Shown: piece after piece, positions 50,701-62,407 of the stretch | Numbering within the stretch: the stretch's first letter is position 1 | Layout: the number at the start of each line of letters is the position of its first letter | Source of the DNA: Phoronis australis | Lineage: Eukaryota; Animalia; Phoronida | Length of the DNA stretch: 64,000 nt | Direction of reading: 5' to 3' | Assembly: GCA_002633005.1 (NCBI GenBank) | Contig: NMRA01000098.1 | Coordinates: 557,435-621,434, forward strand | Position numbers and translations under genes: made by a program | The notes under the pieces: model-generated | The model's input: only the letters and a program-made list of their open reading frames with translations | Told to the model about the DNA's origin: nothing | Databases searched by the model: none

Positions 50701-53700
50701 GGAATATTCAGTCAGAACACAGAAACTACAAGTACTGTTCAAAGAAATATTTCGGCGGAAAAGCTTTCACTACCCTTAGGTGTGTTCACTACCGGTGGGT
50801 GTAAAAGATCACGGAATTAATTTTTCTTCCGTCCCAACCTCAAATAATCGATAGATTTATTATCTCCTGCGCTAATACACCAAACCAGATACTGAAACTC
50901 AATAGCGCGGAAGTATGTTTTAAAGTGGATACAAATGTTAATAATTATAGCTATACCTTCAAAAATAAAGAAAGAAAACGAAACATTGTCTGGGATTTTC
51001 TATGGAAGCGTATAGGTGTCACATTACCACACAAACACCACAACACCCCACTAACACCAAAACACCCTACAAACTTCACAACACCCCACAATCGCCACGA
51101 AACCCAGACACACTCCCCACAACAACCTCACAAATTCACAACTCCCCAGAAGTCACAACGACTCCCACAGTCACAAAACCCCCAGAGTCCTTGAGAAGCC
51201 ACAAACACCCCAGAGGAGCCGCAAACACCCCAGAGGAGCCACAAACACCCCAGAAGAGCCACAACACCGCAGAAAAAAACCACAGCTCAACAGAAATATG
51301 TGTCGCTTGTTCGCTTCGATCTCCTGAATTGGAGAAGAAATAGAATTGCTGTAACTAGCTGACATAAACAGCCAAATTATTAATACTGGATACATCGCGA
51401 CGAATCATGATCTTTGGTCTGGGTACATAAAATTCCACAAACCGAAAAATCTTGAATTCTACGGGAAACATTAATCAGGTATAGACGACGGCAATTGCTG
51501 ACATAATATTCCAGGCGAAGGGGAGGACTCACTACGTGAGGGCGGAATAAATTGATGGCAACAGGCCTGACTGTACCGTTACTAAAAATAATTGTCAACC
51601 AACAATTGGAAAGATAAGTTGTACGTAATTTAGCAGTGAGCGTGCAATCGGTCACGGTGGCCGGAAGTCTCAACATAGAAAGCCAGGACACGTGACTGCC
51701 GCAGTGAGCAAAATGGTATCATGATCAGAGTACGCTGTGCTTATACGAGCATTTTTCAGGGGACAATTTGGAAAATTTCGGCATGGTATATGCTGATATC
51801 CGCACCAGGAACGGTGACAAAATATAACAAGTAATGACAACGAGCAACGCGGTTCCCATGTGACATCCACATTACTGGTATAGAGTGAAGTCGGGGAACT
51901 TAAAACATGAGAATTTTCCCAGCCTACTAGTCATCATCAACCAATCGGAAATACACGAGAGACTTCATAACCGTGCGAAACTCGACATACAACCTCCAAG
52001 GAACTCTAACCTTCCACATACAAGGTACCTAAACTACACGGTTAACGGACTCAACACGGTCACGGACGCATGAACACGACTCAGTGAGTTGTGAATCACG
52101 GACCTGCAAACATCGTCCACTGACTCCATGCGCGCACCCAGCCTTCAATGCGGGAGGGGGGGGGGGGGCTCGAATTTCTGACTTTGTGGACCTCTTGGTA
52201 ACAAAAAAGTGAGCGGACTAAAAAAAAGAAAAAACGGGAGCACCACTGTGTATTACGCGTTTGCGCAATGTTTATTGGACTTATGCCTCATTTTCTCGGA
52301 TTTTTTGTCTCTCGGAGGCGGGCCTTTTTGCCCCCCGAGCCCCTCTGGGTGCGCGCATGGATTCACAAGCACGGGAAAGGACTCACAAAACACGATCCAT
52401 TCACCCAAATACGCGAGACACGGACTCATATNTCCCGTGAGTCAGTGGACGGTGTTTACAGGTCCGTGAGCCGTGTTCATGCGTGCGTGACCGTGAGCGT
52501 TAACCATGTACTTAGGTACCTTGACATATACCATCTGTAAATAAGACCACATACGGACCTCATAGTTTCAAATATGTCTCACCCAAAGGATGGAACTCGC
52601 TGGCGATGCCATTAAAAGTTTATAAAAGCTTATCATCCTTCAAGAGTCATATCAGAAAACTGAAACTGGACACTCTGCTGTAAACATGTGTATACGTTTA
52701 TATAGTCCTTGTAAATACTGTAAATATTTAAATGCAACTCTTGCTTCGCATAATCTAGCCATGGGTTAATGTTCATTGTCCGTGTTGCTTGGAGTATAAA
52801 TAAATATGTAAGTATATGCCTATTGTAACAACATGTATGTTAAATCAAACATGCTGATGCCTACGTCACGCCCACTTGCCTATCTCTCAAGCGAGTGATC
52901 CTCGTATGACCGTTGTGAATTTCGTAGTGCTGTGTGTTGCGACGTACTGGTGTCACAATCTGTGTTGTTTGGATGGTGTTGTGGCGATTGCGGGGGATGT
53001 TGTAGACAGTTATAGGATGTTTCAGTCATTGTCAGTGGGCGATGTTGTAAGCTTTACAGGGTGTTGTGAACTTTGTAGGGAGTTGTGGCACTTATACGCT
53101 TCCATAATTTTCAAAGGAAAGCCCAGCCGCATATATAAGCACAATGTCCATACGTCAGTCTGCCCTAGAACATAAACCATGCTTGGCTGGGTAGACTCTG
53201 CCGAGACGTGGTTGTCGAGACAACTTTATGCTTGTAACTCTATGAAACCCTAGTTTGCAACTGCCAAATACACTCTTACATATCTGATATTGTCCCAAAC
53301 GTGACAGCGCCCGACAAAACTCCAGCCATGTAGATGGACGACGCAAGGGCTACAAGATATTCTCTGTCACAGACTAAATCCCACTGAAAAGAGTAATGTG
53401 TCATCATTGTGTTAACTCGGCCTCGGTTCATATGACCTAACATACCAGAGGGAATGACCTATATTGTCTATATTTGCTTTCATTACAGGTCCACTGACGC
53501 TTCTTTTCCTTTGTTTTTTTTTGCCCCTTATTGAATAGGCTTTTTCTCGTGCTTTCAGTCATGTCCTGCCGTTGTCTGGTAGCTTGTAGTCAGGATTTAT
53601 GAGCATCTGATCGTGAATATCGAAATCTAACGGCCGGGAGGCATGAATGAACTGATATTCCATGAAATTATGATTGAAAAACATTAATGTTTGCGTTTTA

Positions 53701-54335
53701 TCTCTTGTGGTCAATGAGGAAGAGATCTCTATAAAACTGCTGAGTTAAAAATATTTTAGACCCAATGGTGCGAATCCTCAGGTGTAGTCGGTCGGTTGGC
53801 AAGCTTTGTGAACTGAAAGAGTTCCTGTGAACTAAATTCTCATGATAAAACCCGTGAACACCATCATAAGTAAAAATATTAGGAGCATCTGGCATGAGTT
53901 CAAACAGACCAAACAGGGCACTGTGTACTGTAAACTACTTACCTGGCTTCTAATGGTACTCGTGAAGACGCTCGCATTGTATTCCCAGTTGTTGCATTTC
54001 CCGAGCACTGAGGAATCATTCTCGTATGCATACATCGGCACGCTACTATTTTTAATCCCAAAGCCAAGTTCTGTGAAATTCAAATCGTAATACTTGCACT
54101 GCCTTTGGAACGTGTCAAAGCTGATGTCCTGCGTTACCAGATTGACGCGGCTTGCATTGGTGTCATACTTACCGGAACACCAATGATCCTGTTCCCCACC
54201 AATAAAGATCATCAGAAAATTTTGCCATGCACACGGAATGGTACCAACACCAATTATGATGAACAGCACAATTTGATATTTTCCAAATCCACCAACAGCA
54301 GAGAGGAACTCGTCAAAATCAGATAAGTTTGACAT
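40949..54335 (-). CDS. SLC22 family (organic cation/carnitine transporter-like, MFS) gene, 10 exons, 571 aa. Exons: 54335-53943, 53383-53280, 50657-50494, 47595-47427, 46766-46637, 46038-45944, 44499-44279, 43380-43199, 42474-42335, 41066-40949
   Basis: Motifs FDEFLSAVGGFGKYQ, STIRSQWDLVCD, SDIIGRKK, PESPRWL, VYYGL, NRFGRR, ELFPTVVR and LLPET..LPET. All junctions are GT-AG with consistent phases; total 1716 nt, open to TAG. Subfamily cannot be assigned. Confidence 0.93.
42335..42474 (-). CDS. SLC22 exon 9 (DKYVWFG...LLLPETNRTRLPETLADGE)
   Basis: PET motif; ttctag acceptor, gtaagt donor. Confidence 0.9.
43199..43380 (-). CDS. SLC22 exon 8 (GKFG...AELFPTVVRN...LAPQLIHV)
   Basis: ELFPT motif; cttgcag acceptor, gtgagt donor. 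Confidence 0.9.
44279..44499 (-). CDS. SLC22 exon 7 (FVASFVYYGL...NRFGRR...)
   Basis: 221 nt; ORF 44244..44438; gtaacg donor. Confidence 0.9.
45944..46038 (-). CDS. SLC22 exon 6 (GDGKKGEEKATLMDIFRHRRMRARLLILSFCW)
   Basis: gtgttag acceptor, gtaagt donor; phase 0 to 2. Confidence 0.85.
46637..46766 (-). CDS. SLC22 exon 5 (LLPESPRWL...)
   Basis: PESPRWL motif; cttccag acceptor, gtaaga donor. Confidence 0.9.
46880..47265. repeat. (ACC/CCA)n trinucleotide-rich repeat spanning N gap 46969-47175
   Basis: Direct inspection. Confidence 0.9.
47427..47595 (-). CDS. SLC22 exon 4 (MEIVGRKYRMQVSL...VNYVW)
   Basis: 169 nt; ctgtcag acceptor, gtgaga donor. Confidence 0.9.
47672..47757. repeat. (CA)n/(CAAA)n compound microsatellite
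   Basis: Direct inspection. Confidence 0.9.
48468..49385. mobile_element. Foldback Kolobok-type element with ~315-bp inverted arms and a frameshifted THAP ORF
   Basis: TTAA at 48464-48467 and 49386-49389; termini AGGCGAAGGCAACC...GGTTGCCTTCGCCT; THAP MARCCCVLGC..RFP..W / VCGKHF..LKKGTIPSL. Confidence 0.88.
50494..50657 (-). CDS. SLC22 exon 3 (IGRKKAVL...VILRFLAG...LFVL)
   Basis: tttccag acceptor, gtaagt donor; MFS motif A region. Confidence 0.9.
52127..52359. mobile_element. MITE with 15-bp TIR CATGCGCGCACCCAG, nested in a palindromic element at ~52023-52521; inverted copy at ~49803-50042
   Basis: Perfect TIR pair; related ORF-like text at 49880..50071(-) and 52209..(+); outer element ends aggtacctaa...ttaggtacct. 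Confidence 0.7.
53280..53383 (-). CDS. SLC22 exon 2 (WDLVCDREYLVALASSIYMAGVLSGAVTFGTISD)
   Basis: 104 nt; ttttcag acceptor, gtaaga donor. Confidence 0.9.
53943..54335 (-). CDS. SLC22 exon 1 (TM1 and large extracellular loop)
   Basis: ATG at 54335 (MSNLSDFDEFL), donor gtaagt; ORF 53832..54377. Confidence 0.9.
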
Positions 54336-55229
54336 GCTTTCAGTCAACGAATTGACGCAAAGCAAAACCTGTCTCATCCAAAGCTACACAGTGAATGGGA
54401 AGCTTGACCCTTTCAAAAATAGCGTGTCTCAGCACCAGTGATGCATTACAATTTGAGTTTGAGGTAATAGTGTATGAAGTCCATGATCCAATAATCGCTC
54501 ATTGGACATCTACTGTCAGTAGAGTTCAAAAGTAGAGCCAGCCGTTTTACGAAAGGGGAGGGGGTCCAAGCAAAACGGTACATTTTTTAATTTGTAATAT
54601 CATAACGTAACACTGTACGTATTATGTACGTGGGGTTTAAATAGGGAGGAGACAAAAAGCTCTCATGGCTGCCCCTGAATTCTTGATAACGTACTAATAG
54701 AGTAGTTGTGACAATCTGTTACAGCACTGGGCATACAGTGTCATCTATAAGAAATAGGCTTACAGCATACCACACCGACAAGCAGTAAGGAACAATAAAC
54801 ACGAAAGTAACGGCACAAGACAAGAGTCTGTAGATCAAAACAATCCTCTACTACCACAAACAACTTAACTTACAATTGGCATGCGCCAATCTACGAGAGA
54901 AGTCAATGACTCTTTGTCAACATATTTAGGGTTTACACTCTACCAAATCTTGTGACGTATGGCTAACCAGACACCACAAAATCACCGTTTTTATCACACT
55001 CTGTCCTGCAGTCGCACTAACAGAATCCTTATCTGGAATCTTTTTGATTTGCACTCGGTTACGTCTCACCGTTTGGGTAGGGGTAGACACAGGTTACGAG
55101 CGACCATGATACACTTTGCGTTGAACAGTACCAAATTCCTGGCTATCAGGAATAATCAAACACGGTCGAAATGTAATTTAATTTTCAAACGCTAGTTCTC
55201 TTCTCCACCACGAAGTGATTGCAGTACCG

Positions 55230-55520
55230 GTCATTGCGGCAAAAGTTGAGTTGCGTCATTGGCAACTTCGTACGAAGATGCCGGTTGAACAGAAGTTGAG
55301 TAAGGTTGTAGCCACATGATAGAGCTTTTTGCTGTGTAGCAAATTAAAGTAGCAAAAGAATCTTAGGCAGATCGCAACAATCTCTTCAATGTGCCAACTG
55401 ATGGTTCCACCTCCCAATTCCAAGTGGAATGCCCAAGGCTCACGGTGACCGTGTGTAATCCTTAATTGCGAGCAAAGTCCATAAATTCAGCAGACGTGTA
55501 CTGAGTAACATTGCTGTTTA
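55230..55520 (-). mobile_element. Gypsy LTR-retrotransposon integrase remnant
   Basis: Minus strand: NVTQYTSAEFMDFARN*GLHTVTVS...VGTLKRLL...GYNLTQLLFNRHLRTKLP. Confidence 0.6.
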
Positions 55521-55529
55521 ACAGATACG

Positions 55530-56420
55530 TGTGGTCCTCCAAACACAACACAATGCTGTCAGCTATTGCCTCGCCAGTCGTTTTCTCCAGGTACACAAAA
55601 TTAAGCATACTGACAGAATCTCTTAATTGCTGTTTGGATCAGTCACTTCGTCGGCAATTTTTGAGAAAAAAGTATTTTCATATTCGAGGCCAGATGTAAC
55701 CTGAGTGCGGATATACTCGGCTACTAAAGCGATCACCTCAGGATTGGTTTTGATGTGCATTTAGGTTTTTACTTCCCGATTAGAGACGACCTTGAAATAT
55801 TTTGCCGTGTCTACCCATCATTTTAATTGCCAAAATTTCCTTTGTTTGAGGACTTGCTTGTGCTGTCATCTCTGTTTCCACGGAGAGACAGATTTTGTTT
55901 TCCAAATAGCACCACTGCTTCAACAACACTCTTTAGTATGTGAATATTTTTGTTACAAGTCACTTTACAGTGGCCTTGTTGGTTTTGAACGGTAGCGATG
56001 TGTGGGTTGTTCTTGGAGTTGCTTCATCAACAATCCCATCTGCACAGTCTCCTTGTGATAATGGAGACTTTCATGTGATTGCAATATTCCGTCCGCACAA
56101 GTAGCCTTGACTAAATTCATCTTGGGTTCAGTAAGCAGAGTTCTAGTATATTTGCGCTTGTCTGGTATGACCTGAAAAAGAGTGCAGTATTTCAGTGACC
56201 TCTCCAGCCACCAGGTTTGAAAAACGAGCGTTTTCTGTTTTTGGTTTTTCCGCAGACAACACTCTTTGTTATGAAATGTTCGTATCCTTTCGGTGGATGG
56301 AAATGATTTCTCAGAAACATCGTTTTCTAATAGTGGCTGAGTTTTTTTTCTCGTTGAACAGCACCTGTTACCAAATCTCCAACGTCATACAAACTAGGTG
56401 GTATCCTGATTGACTACTTT
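55530..56420 (-). mobile_element. Decayed hAT transposase fragment (PRKRIR/ZMYM1-like)
   Basis: Manual minus-strand translation: FFSKIADEVTDPNSN*EILSVCL and EKTTGEAIADSIVVCL; upstream RFQTWWLE..YC.LF zinc-finger-like remnant. Confidence 0.6.
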
Positions 56421-59329
56421 CTGAGGACTGTGGGCTGATTCAGGTTGACTAAACGTTGAGGTTTCTGGATCATGACGCACAGGAAAGGAGAATTTGAGCT
56501 TCCGGCTGAGACTGAAAGCTAAAACTTTGTATTGATAGATTCGCCTGATTGCGATGATGAGTGTGGAATATCCTCGCTTGCATTCTCAGCATCACCCATA
56601 ATTAATTTAAATGGTTATTTAATGGGGCTATTCGGAAAATCTACAATAACTAGAGGGCGTGCGTGTACTAGTGGTGATAGATTAACAGCCTCGATTTCGC
56701 GAGCCCTTTAAATGCATGGTGAAATGGCTTGCAGCCGTGCCAACTGAATCTGAGATTGCGTAAAAAGGGTGCTTCTATGAGAGGAAGTAAGCACGACCTC
56801 ATACAAAGGTAAGGTTTGTGATTATTTTTGCGATTATTCCATGATTATTCTACCGATGCCTGTTAACTGAGGCACTCGCCGATGTCGACTTCGCGGCAGT
56901 CAGTCGCCAGCCAGAGTCTGGTTAATCTTTATATGTTGTGAAATGTGATACGATACTTGACGTAGCAGTCGGGATCTTTCGTACATCAAAGCATTATTAT
57001 TGTTTGGAATGATTTCTAAAAGTTTATCAGTGATAGTTACATCAATCAATGCTGAATGTTTATGCTGTCAACTCGATACAAGTTAATGAGTTAAGATTAC
57101 AATCCAATCCCAATGGTAAAGGGTACGTGGGTGATAAATATCCATTGCATTAGACTATTTGTTTACTCCCTATCATATGTCTTCTGGCAATCTGTTACAC
57201 GTTGAAATGGAAATCTATCACATCAGTTTTCACGTAACCTTTGGTTTTTAGGTTTGAAGGCTTGTACCGTGCAGAGGAGATATGCTGTTTTGCTACTTGT
57301 ATCAATTGTAAAATCACGAAAATATTTTACATTTTCCGAATTCACAGTGTCTGAATAGTCTTAACTCATGCCTTGAAATGTTGCAAGTCGTTATAAATTC
57401 AAATGACTGCCATTTTTGTGAAAATTGCATTTTTGATGGTGCCTTACGACTTGTAATTACTCTTAAACAACAGAAAGATTATCCATCATTTTCAAATGAC
57501 CTAAGTCTTCATATCTTCTATTAGAAGAAAAACGGTTCCCTCAACCTTAGGCTAGAAGTATGCTTGACAGACCCATGAACCTGTAATCTGAGTTTAAAAT
57601 TGCTGAAAGTATCAAAATTAAAAAGGCTTGAAAATGGGTAACACAGGTTTGAAGTTGTCTCAAAAAACTTGTATATTTTACAGACAAGTGATGCGTTTAA
57701 AGAATTGTTATGGCTAGGGATAAAAAAAAGACACAGTTTTATGCAATACTCATTATATACACCCTTGGTTTCTGAAAATAGTAAATATTTACTTTTATGT
57801 GAAACTGTAGACCAATCACCATATATTTTTGAAAAACAGGGATAACATTTTTGATCCAATCTGGAGTACTTAATTATTCATATTTCAATATTTGTTCCAG
57901 GTNAATGCAATGTTACGACATTTACTGAATTAAGGCTTATTCATGTTAATTCGATAACTGAGCTGGTGGTCCTGGGGGTGGGGTCCACGATAAAATAAGG
58001 AAACTCACTCATCCCTAGAGAATTTTATTGGAAACAGCATAGTTTTGAAGAGAAACTGCTGTGAAAAAGTCACTCTTGACTTCTGTGCATCACGTACCAT
58101 ACACCTCTTATTTTGGGAGCACTGTCCCACCCAGGCCAATATGAATATATGTGCTGCTAGCCTACCCGGCATCGGGTGAGTTTCCAAAAAGAAACACTTA
58201 GTTCCACTCAATCAAACTGTTATTCAGTGGGGTAACTGGTGGGGATAACATCACCGAACGATGTTGATAGAAACTGATTACTAAAAACTTACCAAGTAAT
58301 GTTGTGTAGTCTCCGAATGGAACTACATAGTCATAGACATTGAGCACACACGGGGCTTCAGCATCCACACACTTTTTGTCAGTTAGTTGACCCTGTTGAC
58401 CACAATTGTCCACGAATATAGTAACTTTAGGTCTTTTGGGAATTTGTGGCCACCTATCGAAGACTTGCACCAAGGAAATTAGCAGTAATAAGGCTTAGCG
58501 CGACGACGTATTTTGATAAAAATTCCATCTTTTACCAGTTGTTTTCATGCAGACAGCCACGCATGCGCAATTTAATCACCACTAGTACAGCAGCGACACC
58601 GCGAGGAGAATTCTCCAAATAGCCCCATTTGACGTGTATTTAGCAGGAATAAATGATATCTATTCCATGAAACTCTAACTTACTTAATACTCACTGCACG
58701 TACCTTTGTTTGTAATAATTCGTTTAAATACAAAGTCCAGATAATGTGCGTTTTCCCATCACGCCAGCCGGTACGACGAAGAGAACTTTGAGAGTCAAAT
58801 TTTTGTTCCCACGGGCTTCCAGACTTCGATGGCAAGCGTAGTAGGGAATTGGGGTGTAAAGATTTTGATATTTTTCAAGTAACACTTTGTGACCGGCTAG
58901 TGCAACGACATCGGTCTTTTGCTTAATGTTTCTAAAGATATTTTGATATGCATAATATACGCTCGGAATATTCGGTTTCGCAAATTTTATACACCCCCTA
59001 AAATACACTCATCCTACACTTGATTGACAGCTACTACGGGCGCCTGCGTGTGGCCTGTCGTTGTCTTTCGGTCGTGCCATAGATTGGACCAGGGAATTGT
59101 AGTAACCTGTGCCCGGTTGCTTGAAACAGTCACAAATAGAAGATTGTGTTCATTTTCGGCTACTAAAACAAAATTATCTGCTTATAACAAAATAGATAAA
59201 TTCAAGTTGTTTAACATAACACCTAAATTTAAATTTAAATTTTAATATCAATTGCAAGATCATTGAGAAAAATATCACAGCACCCAGTCTGACTCCGCTA
59301 GTTGTCGGGAACCAATTACCGGATAAATC

Positions 59330-59880
59330 TGTTTTAAGCTTGATGCAAGCTGTATTGTTAAGAAACAGTGACTTAATGGCAATGCAAATTTTCCCCTAAC
59401 ATTCCTCTGTAATAATCTTAAGAAAAGATCTCAGTCAATCCAATCAAAGGCTTGTTCAAAGTCCACAAAACACGCTAATTTACTTTTCTTATCACGTAAT
59501 CTGTTTATAATGACTGAGGATTAGATGAATACAACGTCAATACAGAATCTATTTTTGCAAAATCCATTTTGTTCGTCCACAAACAAATTGTTTTCCTCGG
59601 CAAATTTAATGAGTCTATTATTAATTTAAGTAGAGTACAACTTGGATACACATGCCTATATACTTAACCCTTTGTAGTGAATAGGAGTATACGGTCACGG
59701 TTAAGCATTCCTGGGAATTGGTTTGATAATGGCCTTGGACCAAATGCTAGGGTCTACCCCTGAGGAGTAGCAAAAATTAAAGAGTTTAAAAAAAGTTGAG
59801 GAACACCATCAGATTTTATAATTTCATTGGGAATTTTATCAAACCCATCAGCTTTTTCTGTTTGAAATTGATTAATAGTC
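59330..59880 (-). mobile_element. CR1/L2-group LINE reverse transcriptase fragment
   Basis: Minus strand: KADGFDKIPNE, PSIWSKAIIKPIP, EQNGFCKNR, FVDFEQAFD; disrupted. Confidence 0.7.
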
Positions 59881-60524
59881 GTTTTAATTCAATAACAGAT
59901 AATTCAGTATTAATTTCATCGTCTTGCAGGTTTTGATAATACCATTTTTCAATAGACTGTAGTATGCCACCTCACGAAAAAAAGGAGAATCAATGACCCC
60001 ATGCCTTCCTACCGGAAGTGGGATCTCATTGGTCCAGTTGGTGATCAGGTAATTTTGAAGCGCCACCTACCGGTGACTGAAGGAACTGCAGGTTTAAGAA
60101 TGCCACTGTAAAGTATCTACTCATAATTACAATTTGACAACAACTTGGTCAGTTTTTCACTTATTCTAGAGATATTTCGAAAAGAGACTTGAACGTTATT
60201 CATCGCGAACGAGTCTTGAAAAAATAAAAATTAACGTTAACGTGAAATAAAAGACCGATTCACGTTTCGCTGTTTTCGTTCACTTGGTTACAAGTATACT
60301 AATTTTATGTATCGTTCAGAGGCATGCAAATTAAGCACTCGCAACACATTTTCATGCAATAGAGCCATATCTGTAACAAATCCATTATTTTTGTGGTAAT
60401 CGGAGAGCGTAGATTAAAGATTTTGAGCATTTTTTTACAGAAAGTGCTCGCTTGTAATTAAGTTTTAGGAAATTTTAGAAATTAGAGTCGTGTTTAATTT
60501 ACACTGAAACAATCAAGATAATCT

Positions 60525-62406
60525 AGGGGGAAGAGAGATCAGGCGAGTTGCATTCAAGCAAAGAGGCAATAGAGCATCATCTTAACGCAGCTCATGGAGA
60601 CGACAGACGAGATGTGCCCCTCGGAGTGTGTTCGAGAGTGGAGACTGTGAATAGGCCAGAGAGTGAATTAGAAATGAAAGAACCTAAGTGGAAGGAACTG
60701 CTGCAGGTGGTGAAGAAAGCTTGATCGGGTTCAGCTCCAGGTCAAAGTGGCATCCCGTACAAGGCCTACAAGAAGTGTCCCTTGCTGCTAAGGCAGCTGT
60801 GGCTGATTCTAAGAACAGTATGGAGAAAGGGCAAGATACCAACTGTCTGGAAGGTCGCAGAGGGGTGCTTTGTGCCCAAGGAGGATTCTGCTGTGATTGA
60901 CCAGTTTAGAACAATATCACTGCTGAGTCTAAAAGGCGGGATGTTCTTTGGGATCCTTGCTAGGAGGTTGACATCATATTTCTTAGACAACAACTACATA
61001 GACACAGCTGTCCAGAAGGGAGGAATTCCTGGTTTCTCAGGCTGTGCTGAACATACGAGTGTCTTAAGCCAGCTAATTAGGAGGCCAAGTCGAAGAGGAA
61101 AGACCTGACATGTGTGTGGCTCGACTTAGCCAATGCCTACGTTTCCATACCCCACCAGCTAATCAACTTAGCAATAGTGTACTATCACGTTCCGGAGCAT
61201 ATCAGTCGCATTTAAGCAGATTATTTTGAGGAATCCAGTTGAGGTTTACTGCAAGTGCCATCGCTACAGACTGGATCAAGGTGGAAAGCGGTATAATAAC
61301 TGGTTGTACCATCTCTCCTACTCTGTTCATCATAGGGATGAATTTTCTGATAAAGGCCGGAGAAAGGGAATGTAAGGGTCCGAGGCTACAGTCCGGTATC
61401 GTGGTGCCTGTAATTAGAGCATTTATGGAGGATTTGACAATAACTACGGTGACGTATGTGCAAGCTTGGTGGATTTTGGCAGCACTAGAGGATGTTGCAA
61501 AATGGGGTCGTATGACGTTTAAGCCCAGGAAGTCGATACTTCTGATAATGAGAGGTGGGAAATTGGCCATTCAAGGCGAAGAAATTTCATCAATTGTTAA
61601 CAACCCCATCAAGTGCCTAGGTAAATGGTACGATGATCTCCTGTGCGACAAGAACAACATCAAGCAGATGGAGACCCAGGTGACGGAGTGGTTGAAGAAA
61701 ATAGAGAAAAGCGGTCTTCCTGGCAAGTAGAAGGCTTGGATTTACCAGCACGGGCTTCTACCTCAAGCAACGTGGGGTCTTATGCTCTATGACATTCCGA
61801 TATCGGCAGTAGAGTGCCTGGAGAGAACAGTAAGCAAATGGCTTAGGAAGTGGTTGGGAGTCCCAAGAAGCTTCACACAGGTTAGTCTTGACGAGATCAG
61901 ATAGACGGTGGTCAGCAGACACATCTGTGAGCCAAGCGGAGAGTTTGTTACAGATCAGAGATGTAATTGGTAGCACCTGCGTAGGACGTCAGGGGTTGGG
62001 GACATCCCAGTTCCAACAGTGGGAAAAGGCGAGTAAGAGGCAGCGGAGGGAGATGGTTCAGAAGAGCTGAGGTGAGAGCAGCAGAGGAGGAAGCCCGTAA
62101 AGCCAAGGCAGTCCAACTGAGCCAGCAGGGAGCATGGACTAGGTGGAATCTTCCAGAGAGGAAGATATAGTGGGCAGACGTGTGGAGGATGGAGCCGATG
62201 CGTGTCCAGCTTTTACTTCGCTCGGTTTACGACGTGTTACCATCGCCTGCAAACTTCTTCGCTGGGGCCTAGTGGATGACCCAGCCTGCCAGTCGGGTGG
62301 AGGAAGAGGTACATTGGCCCACATCTTATCAGGGTGCAAGATGGCACTTCAGCAGGGCCGATACAGATGGCGTACAGAAGACCCTTGCAGACATCATAGA
62401 AGGAGA
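60525..62406 (+). mobile_element. Decayed RLE-type non-LTR retrotransposon (Hero-like), copy A
   Basis: RT motifs FRTISLL, QKGG..GC.EH, WLDLANAY, GCTISP, FMEDL; C-terminal GTLAHILSGCKMALQQGRYRWR zinc-knuckle region; frameshifts and a TAG at 61728. Confidence 0.85.
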
Positions 62407-62407
62407 N

